A stretch of 64,000 nucleotides of DNA. Origin: the human T2T-CHM13v2.0 reference genome, Homo sapiens. Shown here one piece after another: positions 30,853 through 44,852 of this stretch. Under the pieces are notes generated by a model that ran no database searches, was not told the origin of the DNA, and saw only the letters and a list, made by a program, of their open reading frames with translations. The stretch lies in assembly GCF_009914755.1 (NCBI RefSeq), contig NC_060930.1. One strand, given 5' to 3'. Each line of letters begins with the position of its first letter. Position 1 is the stretch's first letter. The translations under genes and the position numbers were made by a program.

Positions 30853-30975
30853 TTTTTTTGGTAAGAGACAGGATCTTACTTGTTGCCCAGGCTGAACTCA
30901 AGCTCCTGGGCTCAAGCAATCCTCCTACCCCAGCCTCCTGAGTAGCTGAGACTAGAGGCATGCACCTCTGTACCC
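30853..30975 (-). mobile_element. FLAM/Alu monomer
   Basis: Single antisense monomer. Confidence 0.8.
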
Positions 30976-31894
30976 ATCTCTTCCCTTACTTTTTGAAGGA
31001 CAGTTTTTCTGTATATGAGATTTTTGGTTGACAGTTTTTTTCTTTTACCACTTTGAATATGTTGGCCCACTGTGTTTCATCCTCCATGGTTTCTGATGAG
31101 AAGTCTGCTGATCTTATTGAACATTCCTGGTTTGTGACAGGTCATTTTTTTTCTTGCTACTCTGATTATTTTTTGTCTTTTTCTTTTGAAAGTTTGATTA
31201 TAATGTGTCTCAGTGTTGGTCTCTTTGAGTTTGTCTTACTTTTAGTTTTTGAATGATTCTTAAATGTTTATAGTCATGTCTTTTGTTAAATCTGGCAAGT
31301 TTTCAGCCATTATTTCTCTCTGCTCTTTTCTCTCTCTGCTCCTTCAGGTATTCCCACAATGCATATGTTGGTCAGTTTGACAGTGTCCCACAGGTCCCTA
31401 AGGCTCTGTTCACCTTTCCTTAAGTTTTTCTCTTTCTGTTCCTCAGACTTGATAATTTCCATTGTCCTGTCTTTAAGTTTGCTGAGTCTTTCCTCTGTTT
31501 GTTCAAATGTATTCTTGAATCCTACTAGTAAAGTTTTCATTTCATTTATTCTATTTTTCAGTTCTAGAATTTTATTTGGTTTCTTTTCAGGATTTATCTT
31601 CGTGGATATTTCCATTTTTTTCATAGATCTTTTTCTTGAGTCTCTTCACATCTTTTTTTAGTTCCCTGAGCATCTTCAGTTGTTTAAAAGTATTTGTCTA
31701 ATAGATCTGTTTAGCAGATCTGTCATCAGGTCTTTTTTTGGGAACAGTTGTGTTGATTTTTTTTCTTTGAAGGTGCTATACTTTTCTTTTTCTTTGTCTG
31801 GCTTGTCATTTTCTTTGTTGTAAATTGGACATTTGGACCTAATAATATGTAACTGTGGAAATTAGATATTCTCCCTTCTGCAGGGTTTGCTATT

Positions 31895-31897
<3 letters not shown>

Positions 31898-31948
<51 letters not shown>
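31898..31948. repeat. (TG)n microsatellite, ~25 units
   Basis: Uninterrupted TG run. Confidence 0.98.
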
Positions 31949-31953
<5 letters not shown>

Positions 31954-33311
31954 ACTGTCTCTGTGCCAAGGATCAGTCTTAGGTGTCAACTTAAGGTCTT
32001 CTCAGTATTTTTGAGCTTGTGCCTTTCTCTGGGTGTGTCATGTTCACCTTCTAATTTCCTCATATATGTAGTTTTTTTAAAAAAACATTGTAGTTTTTAA
32101 TGTCTAGTTTCCAAAAGGGAGAAAAGACAAAAATAAAAGGAGAGAAGGGCACTGTCCCTTTAAATCCCCTGGAAGTTACTTCAGCCAGAGCAGAAGGGGC
32201 TTACAACAATGATGGGAGGTACAACAACAATGGCCACCTGCCTCTTTGTACCTCTTTGATCAGAAACAACAATCAGTGATCAGAGCATAAATCTCTGATA
32301 GTTAGAGATTCTTATTTGGGTTCTTATTTGCCTACCATGGCTCCCACAGGCCATGTCCAGATTGATCCAGGAATATGTGCAGAGCTCTGCCACACAGCAC
32401 AGCTGAGGGGTGGAGGATGTGTAGCTGTGCTAAGATCTGAAATTGGTGAAATTAACTGTATCTTACTGTTCAAGCCTTCCCCTGGAAGTTGCAAGTCTTC
32501 AATAGACTCCAGAGTCCAAAATAGTTATATGGGACACATTGTGCCAGCGCAATTGTTATCTAGGAGGGGAGACAAATTCCTGGTGCTTCCTACTCTTCTA
32601 TCTTTCCAGAATTCTGACAAGTAATTAGTTTTTTCCTCATTTGGGAAAAACTTAACAGTGAGGTAGATACTAGTTTTCAGTAAGAAAAAAAAATTTAAAT
32701 TGTATGTGTATTCATTTGGTAAAACTTTTACCAATAAGCTTTTTTCTAAAGTACAATGCTTAGTGTCCTTCAGAAAAATAAAAAAACAATTTCTTTATAT
32801 TATGGTTTCTTTTTTTTATTTTCCAGAGATAATACATATGAGAATGCTTAAAGGAGAAAAAAACACTCCTTTAAGTTTGAGGTCAAATTTTATTTCTCAA
32901 GAAGGAATATTTCTTAAGTTATAAGGATTAGATAACAAATCAACACGAGGGTCTAGAACCATTGAGCTCTTGTTTAGTAAACTTGGAAAGAGATCGTGAA
33001 TGGGAAAAGACAGCATGTCAGTTACGGTGTTGAAAATCAGAAAAGAATTTCCTTCCTTGAACTGATTTATTTAAAGTAGCAACAAGACATAAGAGAAAAG
33101 GTCCCAAATTAGGAATCAAAAGTCCTGTGTCCTAGTATGTGATGTTAAGCAGAACATTATAAAGATACCATTCTAACACATAAGAAAATAGACTAGTAGA
33201 TCAGTAAATATAAGCAAAATGGTATTATGTTTGCTCTTGACTAGTTAGTGAGGATTTATAAGTACTGTGATGTCACTAAGTAAAAGGCAAAGTTCTTAAA
33301 ATGGTTGACAC

Positions 33312-33607
33312 GGCTGGGCGCGGTGGCTCACACCTGTAATCCCAGTACTTTGGGAGGCCTAGGCAGGCAGATCACAAGTCAGGAGATCGAGACCATCCTG
33401 GCCAACATGGTGAAACCCCGTCTCTACTAAAAATACAAAAATTAGCCAGGTGTGGTGGGACGTGCCTGTAATCCCAGCTACTCGGGAGGCTGAGGCAGGA
33501 GAATCGCTTGAACCCAGGAGTCGGAGGTTACAGTGAGCCAAGATCGCCACTGCACTCCAGCCTGACAACACAGCGAGAGACTCCGTCTCAAAAAAAAAAA
33601 AAAAAAA
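33312..33607 (+). mobile_element. AluSc-like
   Basis: Full dimer, TSD ggttgacac. Confidence 0.94.
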
Positions 33608-33629
33608 GGTTGACACTAGTTTCCATAAT

Positions 33630-34155
33630 ACCATCTGAGCTCACCTTCTCCTATTTCTCCTTTTTTGAAAAAAACCGAATCCCAAATGTAATACAATGCT
33701 GTTTCTTCTTAATCCTGCTCCAGCTACAAGTGGCCCCAGGTTGTTCCTTGACCATAGCAGCCATACACACTCCTGTCTCATGACCTTTGTACTGGCTGCC
33801 CCCTCTGCTGAAAACAAAAACACTCTCCCAGTAATCTGCACTGCTCACTCATTCACTTCCTTCAGTTCTTTGCTAAAGTGTCGCCTCAGTGAGACTTCTC
33901 CAACCTCTGTATTTAAAACTAACCAAGCCTTCCCTAATTCCTTTGTAATTATTTCCACATAGCATTTATCACCATCTAATATTCAATATATATTTAACTC
34001 ATTCGTCTCTCATGTACCAAAAAGAAATGGAATATAAGTTTCAAGAAAGGGGAATTCTCTACTGTATCTTTCTCTATTGTACTGGAATATCCCTACTTTT
34101 TAGAGTTGTTTGTGGCACACAAGAGGGACTCAGTAAATACTTGTTGAATGAAATG
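33630..34155 (+). mobile_element. L2 3' region
   Basis: Ends with ggactcagtaaatacttgttgaatgaa. Confidence 0.75.
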
Positions 34156-34302
34156 TATGAGGAGAAGTGGAAATCTTGATTCTATCATTTCACACTCAAA
34201 TTATTATCATAGAATAGAATTATCATGTTAATTAGCTTTAAGAGATAGCTTTGTTTTATTTCAAGCTCAAGATGCTTTTTAAATTTAATTTCTTACTCTC
34301 TA

Positions 34303-34638
<336 letters not shown>

Positions 34639-37033
34639 AGTTGCTAGGGTTAATGTGTCTTTAAATTAGTCACATATAATTTGGAGCCATTCTGGGGAGG
34701 AATTAGAAGCATACTGGGTGAAGGTGAATCTCTAAAGTGTTTAAGGACTTGGAGAAAAGTACCAAATGCCTTTCGTTGATACAAACAAGCCCATGCATTA
34801 GTTAGAATCTCACTTAGTGAGATTTCCTTCGTTCTGTTCTGATACTAGTCTACTTGTAATATGTGGTCTTTTTGTTGATATATAATATTTGTACATGTTT
34901 ATGGAATACATGTGGTATTTTGATACATGAATAAAATGTGTAATGATCAAATCAGGGTATTTAAGATATCTATGACCTCAAACATTTATTATTTATTTGA
35001 CTTGGGAACATTTCAAATCTTCTTTTCCAGTTATTCTGAAATATGGAATATATTGTTGTTAACTGCAGTCACCCTACTGTGCTATCAAACACTAGAACTT
35101 ATTCTTTCTATCTAACTGTATTTCGTACCTACTAACCAACCTCTCCACCAGCACCCTGCCACACACATACCCTTCCCGTCCTCTAGTAACTATCATTCTA
35201 TTCCCTACATCACTGAAATCAACTTTTTTAGCTCCCACATATGAATGAGAACATGTGATATTTGTCTTTCTGTGTCTGGCTTAATTCATTTAACAATAAT
35301 GACCTCTAGTTCCATACACATTGCTGCAAATGACAGGATATCATTCTTTTTTTGTGGCTGAATAGTATTCCACTGAGTATATATACCACATTTTCTTTTT
35401 TTCAAATTTTATTCACATGTTTTATTCATTCATCCATTAATGAACATTTAGATTGATTTCATATGTTGCTATTGTGAATAGTCCTGCCATAAACAAGAGG
35501 ATATGGGTATCCCTTTGATATACTGATTTCCTTTCCTTTGAATAAATACCCAAGAGTGAGATTACTAGATTTTGTGTTAGTTGTATTGTTAGTTTGTTGA
35601 GGAAACTTCATTCTGTCTTCTGCAAGGGCTGTACTAATTTACTTTCCAACCAACAGTGTATAATATAGAGTTCCCTTTTCTCCGCATCCTCACAAGCATC
35701 TGTTATTTCTTGCCTTTTTGATAAGAGCCATTCTAACAAGGGTAAGATTTTGTCTCATTGCATCTTGGATTGGCATTTCCCTGATAATTAATTATGTTGA
35801 ACATTTTTTCCATATACCTGTTGTCCATTTTTAAGTCCTTTTTTTTTTCCCTGTAACCAGGGGTGAGAGAGGTATGTCTTCTTTTGAGAAATGCCTACTC
35901 AGATCCTTTGCCCACTTTTTCATGGGATTATTAGTTTTTTTGCTGTTAAGTTGTTTGAATTCCTCAGGTATATGTGTTGTGTTAGATAAAAAACACAAAA
36001 AGTTGTTTGAGTTCCTTGCTTATTCTGAATATTAGTTCCTTGGGAGATGAATGGTTTGCAAATATTTTCTCCTATTTAGCATGTTGTCCTTCTCACTCTG
36101 TTGATTGCTTCCTTTGCTGCATAGAAGCTTTTTAGTTTATATAGTCCCATTTGTTTATTTTATTTTTGTTGCCTGTGCTTTTGAAGTCATGGCCACAAAT
36201 TTTTTGCCTAGACCAATGTCTGAGAGCATTTTCCCTATTTTCTTCTAGTAGTTTCATAGTTTTGGGTCTTATGTTTAAGTCTTTCATCAATTTTGGGTTG
36301 ATTTTTGTATATTGTGAGACATAGGGATCTAGTTTCATTTTTCTGTACTTGGATATCCAGTTTTCCCTGTACCATTATTGAAGAGGATGCCTTTCCCCAA
36401 TTTATATTCTTAATGGCTTTGTTGAAAATCAGTTAGCTGTAAATACATGCATGTATTCCTGGAGTGTCTATTCTGTTTCATTGGTTTATGTGTCTGTTTT
36501 TATACCAATATCTTGCTGTTTTAGTTACTACAGCTTTTTAATATATTTTGAAATCAGGTATGTGATGCCTCCAGCTTTGTTTTTTTTTACTCAGGAACAC
36601 TATGGCTATTTGAGCTCTTTAATGGTTCTATACAAATTTTAGGATTTTTTTGTATTTATATAAAGAATGTCATTGGTGTTTTGATAGGGATTACATTGAA
36701 TCTGTAGATTGCTTTGGGTAGTATGGTCATTTTAACAATAGTAATTCTTCTGAGTCATGAGCATGGGATATCTTTCCATTTGTTTGTGTCCTCTTAACAT
36801 TCTTTCATCAGTGTTTTGAAGTTTTCCTCGTAAGCGTCTTTCACTTTCTTGGTTTAATTTATTCCTAAGTATTTTATTTTTTGTAGCTATTGTAAATGAG
36901 ATTGTTTTCTTTTTTAGCCAGTTTATTATTGGCACATAGAAATGCTGCTGATTTTTATATGTTGATTTTGTATCCTGCAATTTTACTAAATTCATTTATT
37001 CTAGGAGTGTTTTTGGTGGAGTCTTTAGGTTTT

Positions 37034-37097
37034 ATATATATATATATGTATTACATATATATATCCATGTATATATAATACACACACACACATATAT
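37034..37097. repeat. (TA)n/(CA)n compound microsatellite
   Basis: Seen directly. Confidence 0.85.
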
Positions 37098-37785
37098 CCA
37101 TGTTATCTACAAAGAGGGACAGTTTGACTTCCTCTATTCCAATTTAGATGACATTTATTTATTTCTCTTGCCTGATTGCTCTGGCAAGGACTTCCAGTAC
37201 TATGTTGAATAAAAGTGATGACCCTATCTCTAAATAAATAATAAAAATGAAGTGGTGGAACTGGGTATCCAATGTCTTGTTACAGGTCTTTCAGCTTCTC
37301 CCCACTCAGTATTATGTTAGCTATGCATTTGTCAGATATGACCTTTACTATGCTGAGGCATGTTTCTTCTATGCCTAATTTGTTAAGAGTTTTAATCATG
37401 AAAAGAAGTTGAATTTTATAAAATTCCTTTTCTCTGTCTCTTGAAATGATCATATTGTTTTTGTCTTTCATTCTGTTGTTGTGAGGTATCACATTTATTG
37501 ACTTGCATGGGTGGAACCATCCTTTCATCTGATGTATTATCCTTTTATGGTGCTGTTGGATTCACTTTGCTAGTATTTTGTTGAAGCTTTTTTGTGTCTG
37601 TGTTCATCAGGGGTATTGGCCTGTAGTTTTCTATTTCCATTATGTCCTTGTCTGGTTTTGGTATCAGGGTAATACTGGCCTCACAGAATGAGTAAGGAAG
37701 AATTTCCTCCTTTGAATTTTCTGAAATAGTTTGAGAAGAATATGTGTTAGTTTTTCTTTACAAGTTTGATAGCATTTGGAAGTAA

Positions 37786-38143
<358 letters not shown>

Positions 38144-38195
38144 CCATTACTTGTTATTGGTCTATTCAGGTTTTCTCTTTCTTCCTTATTCATTC

Positions 38196-38503
<308 letters not shown>

Positions 38504-39497
38504 TGATTTATTCTTAGTAGATTGTATGTGTCCAGGAATTTATCCATTTCCTCTAGCTTTTCTAATTTGTTAGCATATAGTTCTTTATAAGTCTCTGATG
38601 ATTTCTTGTATTTCTGTGGTATCAGTTGTAATGTCTCCCTTTTTGTTTGTGATTTTGCTAATTCACATCCTCTCTCTTATTTTCTTGGTTAGTCTAGCTA
38701 GTGATTTATCAATTTTGTTTATCTTTTCAAAAAACTAACTTTTCATTCCATTGACCTTTGTATTTTTTTTTAAAGTCTCTATTACATTTAGTTCTGCTCT
38801 GATCTTTATTGTTTCTTTCCTTCCGCTAATTTTGGATTTGGTCTGCTCTTGCTTTTCTAGTTATTGAGGGGGCATCCTTAGCTTGATTATTTGAAATGTT
38901 TCTACTTCTTGATATACGCATTTATTGCTATGAAATTCCCTCTTAGCACTTCTTTTGCTACATCCCATGGGTTTTGATATGTTGTGTTTCCATTCTCATT
39001 TGTCTCAAGACGTTTATTTCCTTCTGTCTTCTTCATTGACCCAATGGCTGTTAAGCATGTTATTTAATTTCCATGTATTTGTATAGTTTCCAAAGTTCCT
39101 GTTGTTATTGATTTCTAGTTTTATCCTATTGTGATCTGAAAGGTATTTGATATGATTTTGATTTTTTTTTTTAAATTTAGACTTGCTTCGTGGCCTAGCA
39201 TATGGTCTATACTAGAGAATGTTCCATGTGTTGATGAGAAGAATGTATATTCTGTTGCTATTGGATAAAATATTCCATGCATGTCTTTTAGGTACGTTGA
39301 TCTGAAGTGCAATTTAAATCTAATGTTCCTTTGATGATTTTCTGTCTTGACGATCTGTCTAATATAGAGAGTAGGGTGTTGAAGTCTTCAACTATTATTG
39401 TATTGGAGTCTATCTCTCCCTTCAGATCTAATAATATTTGCTATATATAACTGGATGTTCTGGTGTTAAGTTCATATATATTTAGAATTGTATCTTC

Positions 39498-39778
39498 TTT
39501 TTTTTTTTTTTTTTTTTTTTTTTGAGACGGAGTCTCGCTCTGTCGCCCAGGCCGCTGCAAGCTCCGCTTCCCGGGTTCACGCCATTCTCCTGCCTCAGCC
39601 TCCCGAGTAGCTGGGACTACAGGCGCCCGCCACCGCGCCCGGCTAATTTTTTGTATTTTTAGTAGAGACGGGGTTTCACCTTGTTAGACAGGATGGTCTC
39701 GATCTCCTGACCTCATGATCCACCCGCCTCGGCCTCCCAAAGTGCTGGGATTACAGGCGTGAGCCACCGCGCCCGGCC
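39498..39778 (-). mobile_element. AluYb8-like young Alu with internal deletion
   Basis: Yb diagnostics (GGTGGATCATGAGG, AACAAGGTG, GGGAAGCGGAG, CGGCCTGGG), intact CpGs, perfect 15-bp TSD gaattgtatcttctt. Confidence 0.92.
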
Positions 39779-42700
39779 CGAATTGTATCTTCTTACCGAA
39801 CGAATCCCTTTATCATTATATGGTGACCTTGTTTATTTATTTATAATAGATTTAGGGGGTACAAATACAGCTTTGTTACATGGGTATATTGCGTAGTGTT
39901 GAGGTCTGGGCTTTTAGTGTAACCATCACCTGAATAGTGTTTATTGTACCCATTAGGTAATTTTTCATCCCTTACCCGCCTCCCACCTTCCCACCTTTCC
40001 AAGTCTCTAATACCTGTTATTCCAATCTGTATGTCCATGTGTGCATACTATTTATCTTTCATTTAGAAGTGAGAACATGCAGTATTTTGCTTTCTGTTTT
40101 TGTTATTTTACTTGAGATAATGGCCTCCAAATCCATACATGTAGCTGCAAAAGACATTATATTATTTTTTTCATGGATACATAGTATTCCATATATATAT
40201 TTACCACATTTTCTTTATCCAATCATCCATTGATGGTTATTTAGGTTGATTCGGTATCTGTCATGACTAGTGCTGTGATAAACATGAGTGCATGTATCTT
40301 TTTGATAAAATGATTCTTTTCCTTTGAGTATATGCCCAGTAGTTGGATTGCTGGATCAAAGGGTAGTTCTATTTTTAATTCTTTGAGAAATCTCTATACT
40401 GTTTTCCATAGAAGTTGTCTAATTTACATTTCTACCAACATTTATAAGTGTTCCCTTTTCTCTGCATCTTTGCCAACATCTGTTATTTTTTGACTTTTTA
40501 ACAGTAGCCATTCTGACTGGTATAAGATGGCACCTCATGGTTTAAATTTGCATTTCTCTGATGATTAGTGATGTTGAATATTTTTTCATATGCTTTTTGG
40601 GCATTTTTATGTTTACTTTTGAAAAATGTCTATGTTCTTTGCTCACTTCCTAATGCTTTTTGTTGTTGTTGACTTGTTTGAATTCCTTGTAGATTCCAGA
40701 TATTAGTCCCTTGTCAGATGCACAGTTTGCAAATATTTTCTCCCATTCTGCAGGTTGTCTGTTCTTGTCTGTCTATTTCTTTTACTCTACAGAAGCATTT
40801 GTTTAATTAAGTCCCATTTGTCTATATTTGTAATTGGTGCATTAGCTTTGAAATCTTAGTCTTGAATTCTTTGTGTAGGCCAATGTCCAGAAGAGTTGTT
40901 CCTAGGTTTTCTTGTAGAATTTTTAGTTTTCGCATCATACATTTCAGTCTTTAACTCATCTTAATTTTTGTATATGATGACAGATAAATCCAGTTCATTC
41001 TTTTGCATGTGGCTATACAATTTTCCCAGCACCGTTTATTGAGTAGGGTGTCCTTTCTCTGATGTATGTTTTTGTCAACTTTGTCAAATATCAGTTGGCT
41101 ATAGGTATGTGGCTTTATTTCTGGGTCTTCTATTCTGTTCTGTTGATCTATATGTCTATGTTTATACCAGTACCATGCTGTTTGATTACTATAGACTTAT
41201 AGTATAATGTGGAGTTAGGTAATGTGATGCCTGCTTTTGCTATTTGGGTTCTTTTCAGTTCCATATGAATTTTAGGATTTTTTTTTTCTAATTCTGTGAA
41301 AAATGTCATTGCTATTTTGATAGGAATTCTGTTAAGTCTGTAGATTGCTTTGGGCAATGTGGTCATTTTAACAACATTGATTCTTCTAATCTGTGAGAAT
41401 GGAATGTTTTCCCATTTATTTGTGTCCTCTTAACTCTCTTTCATCAGTATTTTGTAGTTTTCCTTGTAGACATCTATCACTCCTTGTTTAAATGTATTCC
41501 TAGGGTTTTTTTTTTTTTGTTCTTTTTTTTTTAACTATTGGAAATGGGATTGACTTTTGATTTGGTTCTTAGCATGATTATTATTGCTGTATAGAAATGC
41601 TACTGATTTTTGTCGATTTTGTATCCTGGAACTTTACTGAATTCATTTATCAAATCTAGCAGTCTTTTGGAGAGGAGTCTTTAGGGTTTTCTAGATATAA
41701 GATCATTTCATCAGCAAACAAAGATAATCTGACTTCCTCTTTTCCCATTTTGATGGCTTTTATTTTTTTCTCTTGCCTGATTGCTCTGGCTAGGACCTCC
41801 TGTACTGTGCTGAATAGCAGTGGTGAACATGGACATACTTGTCTTGTTCTAGTTCTTAAGGGAAATTCTTTCAACTTTTTCCCAGTGTGTTATTGGCTGT
41901 GGGTTTGTTATACATGGCTTTTATTGTTTTGAGGTATGTTCCTTCTATGCCTTGTTTGTTGAGGGCATCATGATAGGATGGTCAATTTTATCAAATGCTT
42001 TTTCTAATCTATTGAGATGATAATATGGTTTTTGTTTTTCATTCACTTGATGTGATGAATCACATTTATTGATATGCATATGTTGTACCAACCTTGCATC
42101 CCTTGCAAAACCCACTTGATCATATTGTATTATCTTTTTGATGTGCTGTATGATTTTGTTTGCTTGTATTTTGTTAAGGAATTTTGCACCTATGTTCATG
42201 AAAGGTATTAGTCTGTAATTTTCTTTTTTTGTTGTGTTCTCTACTGATGTTGGTAGCAAAGTGATACTTTGTAGAATTAGGGAAGAGTCCCTCCTCTTCA
42301 GTGTTTTGGGACAGTTTCAGTTGGATTGGTAGCACTTCTTTTATGTCTGATAAAATTTGGCTGTGAATCTGTCTGCTCCTGGGCTCTTTTGTTGTTGTTG
42401 TTGTTGTTATTTGGGGGAGATATTTTTAAATTACTAATCATATCTCACTACTTATTATTGTTCTGCTCAGGATTTCTATTTCTTCCTGGTTCAATCTTGG
42501 GAGGTTGTATAGATTCCACAAATTTATCCCCTTCCTCTAAATTTTCCAGTTTGTGAGCATATAAATAGTCATAGCAGTCTCTGATGATCTTTTGCATTTC
42601 TGTAGTATCAGTTGTAATGTCTCCTTTTTCTTTTCTGATTGTGCTTATTTGAATCTTCTTTCTTCCTTCCTAGGTTAGTTGACCTAGTGGTCTACCAATC

Positions 42701-43064
42701 TTGTTTATTTCTTCAAATGAACAACTTTTTGTTTTGTTGATCTTTTGTATTGTGTTTTTGGTCTCAAGTTCATTTAGTTCTGCTCTGAGCTTTGTCATTT
42801 CTTTTCTTCTGCTAGCTTTGGGTTTGGTTTGTTTCTTTTGTTTCTTGATGTGTAACATTATGATGTTAATTCAGGATCTTTCTTTTTTTAATGTAGGTGT
42901 TTAATGATAATACTGCTTTTGCTGTTTGTCAAAGGTTTTGATATGTTGTGTCTCTGTTTCCTTTTGTTTCAAAAATGTAAATTTTTGTCTTTTGTCATTG
43001 ACCCAAAAATCATTCAGGAGCAGGTTGTTTAACTTTCATGTATTTGTATAGTTTTGAGAGTTTC

Positions 43065-43357
43065 TTTTTTTTTTTTTTTTTTCCTGAGACGGAGTCTTGC
43101 TCTGTCGCCCAGGCTGGAGTGCATTGGTGCGATCTCAGCTCACTGCAAGCTCCGCCTCCTGGGTTCATGCCATTCTCCTGCCTCAGCCTCTCCGAGTAGC
43201 TGGGACTACAGGCGCCCGCCACCACACCCGGCTAATTTTTTTTATATTTTTAGTAGAGACGGGATTTCACCATGGTCTCGATCTCCTGACCTTGTGATCT
43301 GCCTGCCTCGGCCTCCCAAAGTGCTGGGATTACAAGCGTGAGCCACCGCGCCCAGCC
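43065..43357 (-). mobile_element. AluY
   Basis: Antisense dimer, TSD agttttgagagtttctt. Confidence 0.93.
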
Positions 43358-44528
43358 AGTTTTGAGAGTTTCTTTTGGAATCACTTTATAGTTTTATTCC
43401 ACTGTGGTCTCAGAAGATACTTGATATGATTTCAATTTCTAAAATGTACTGAGGCTTATTTTGTTGCATAACATGTTGTCTATCTTGGAGAATGTTCCAT
43501 GCACTGATGAGAATAATGTATATTCTGCAGTTATTGGGTAGAATATTCTGTAAATGTCTGTAAGGTCCATTTGGTCTACAGTGATTAAGTCCAGTGCTTC
43601 TCTGTTGATTTTTCTGTCTTGATGATCTGTTTGGTGCTGTCAGTAGAGTGCTGAAGTCCCCACTATTAGTGTAATGCATCTCTTTTCTTAGGATTGTGGT
43701 ATTTTCCATTGGACTGGTCCTTGTATAATTATATAATGTCTCTCTTTGTCTTTTTTAACTGTTCTTGTTTTAAAGTCTGTTTTGTTTGATATGAGAATAG
43801 CTACTCCTGCTTGCTTTTGGTTTCCATTTGCATGGAATATCTTTTTCCACTCCTTTACCTTAAGTCTATGTGAGTCTTTATGCATTAGCTGAGTCTCTTG
43901 AAGACAACAGATACTTCATCGGTGGATTTTTGTCCATTCTGCCATTCTTTACCTTTTAAGTGAAGCATTTAGGCCATTTACATTCAGCATTATTTTTGAG
44001 ATGTCAGGTACTGTTTTATTCTTCATGCTAGATGTTGCCCAAATACCTTGTGGGTTTTTTGTTGTTGTTTGTTTTGCTTTTTTCATTTCATTATTGTTTT
44101 ATAGGCCCTGTGAGATTTATGCTTTAAAGAGGTTCTATTTTGGTGTATTTGGAGGTTTTAAGGTTTAAAGCTCCTTTTAGCAGTTCTTGTAGTGCTGGCA
44201 TGGTAGTGGTGAATTCTCTCAGCATTTGTTTGTCTGAAAAAGACTTTATCTCTCCTTCATTTATGATGCTTAGTTTTGCTGGACACAGAAGTCTTGGCTG
44301 GCAATTATTTTGTTTGAGGAGGCAAAAGATAATACCCCAATCCCATCTGGTTTATAGGGTTTCTGCTGAAAAATCTGTTGTTAATCTGAAATCTTTTCCT
44401 TTATAGGTTACCTGATGCTTTTGCCTCAGAGCTCTTAAGATTCTTTCCTTTGTCTTGACTTTTGATAACCTGATGACTGTTTGCCTAGGTGATTATTTTT
44501 TGTGATGAATTTCCAAGGTGTTCTCTGA

Positions 44529-44852
<324 letters not shown>

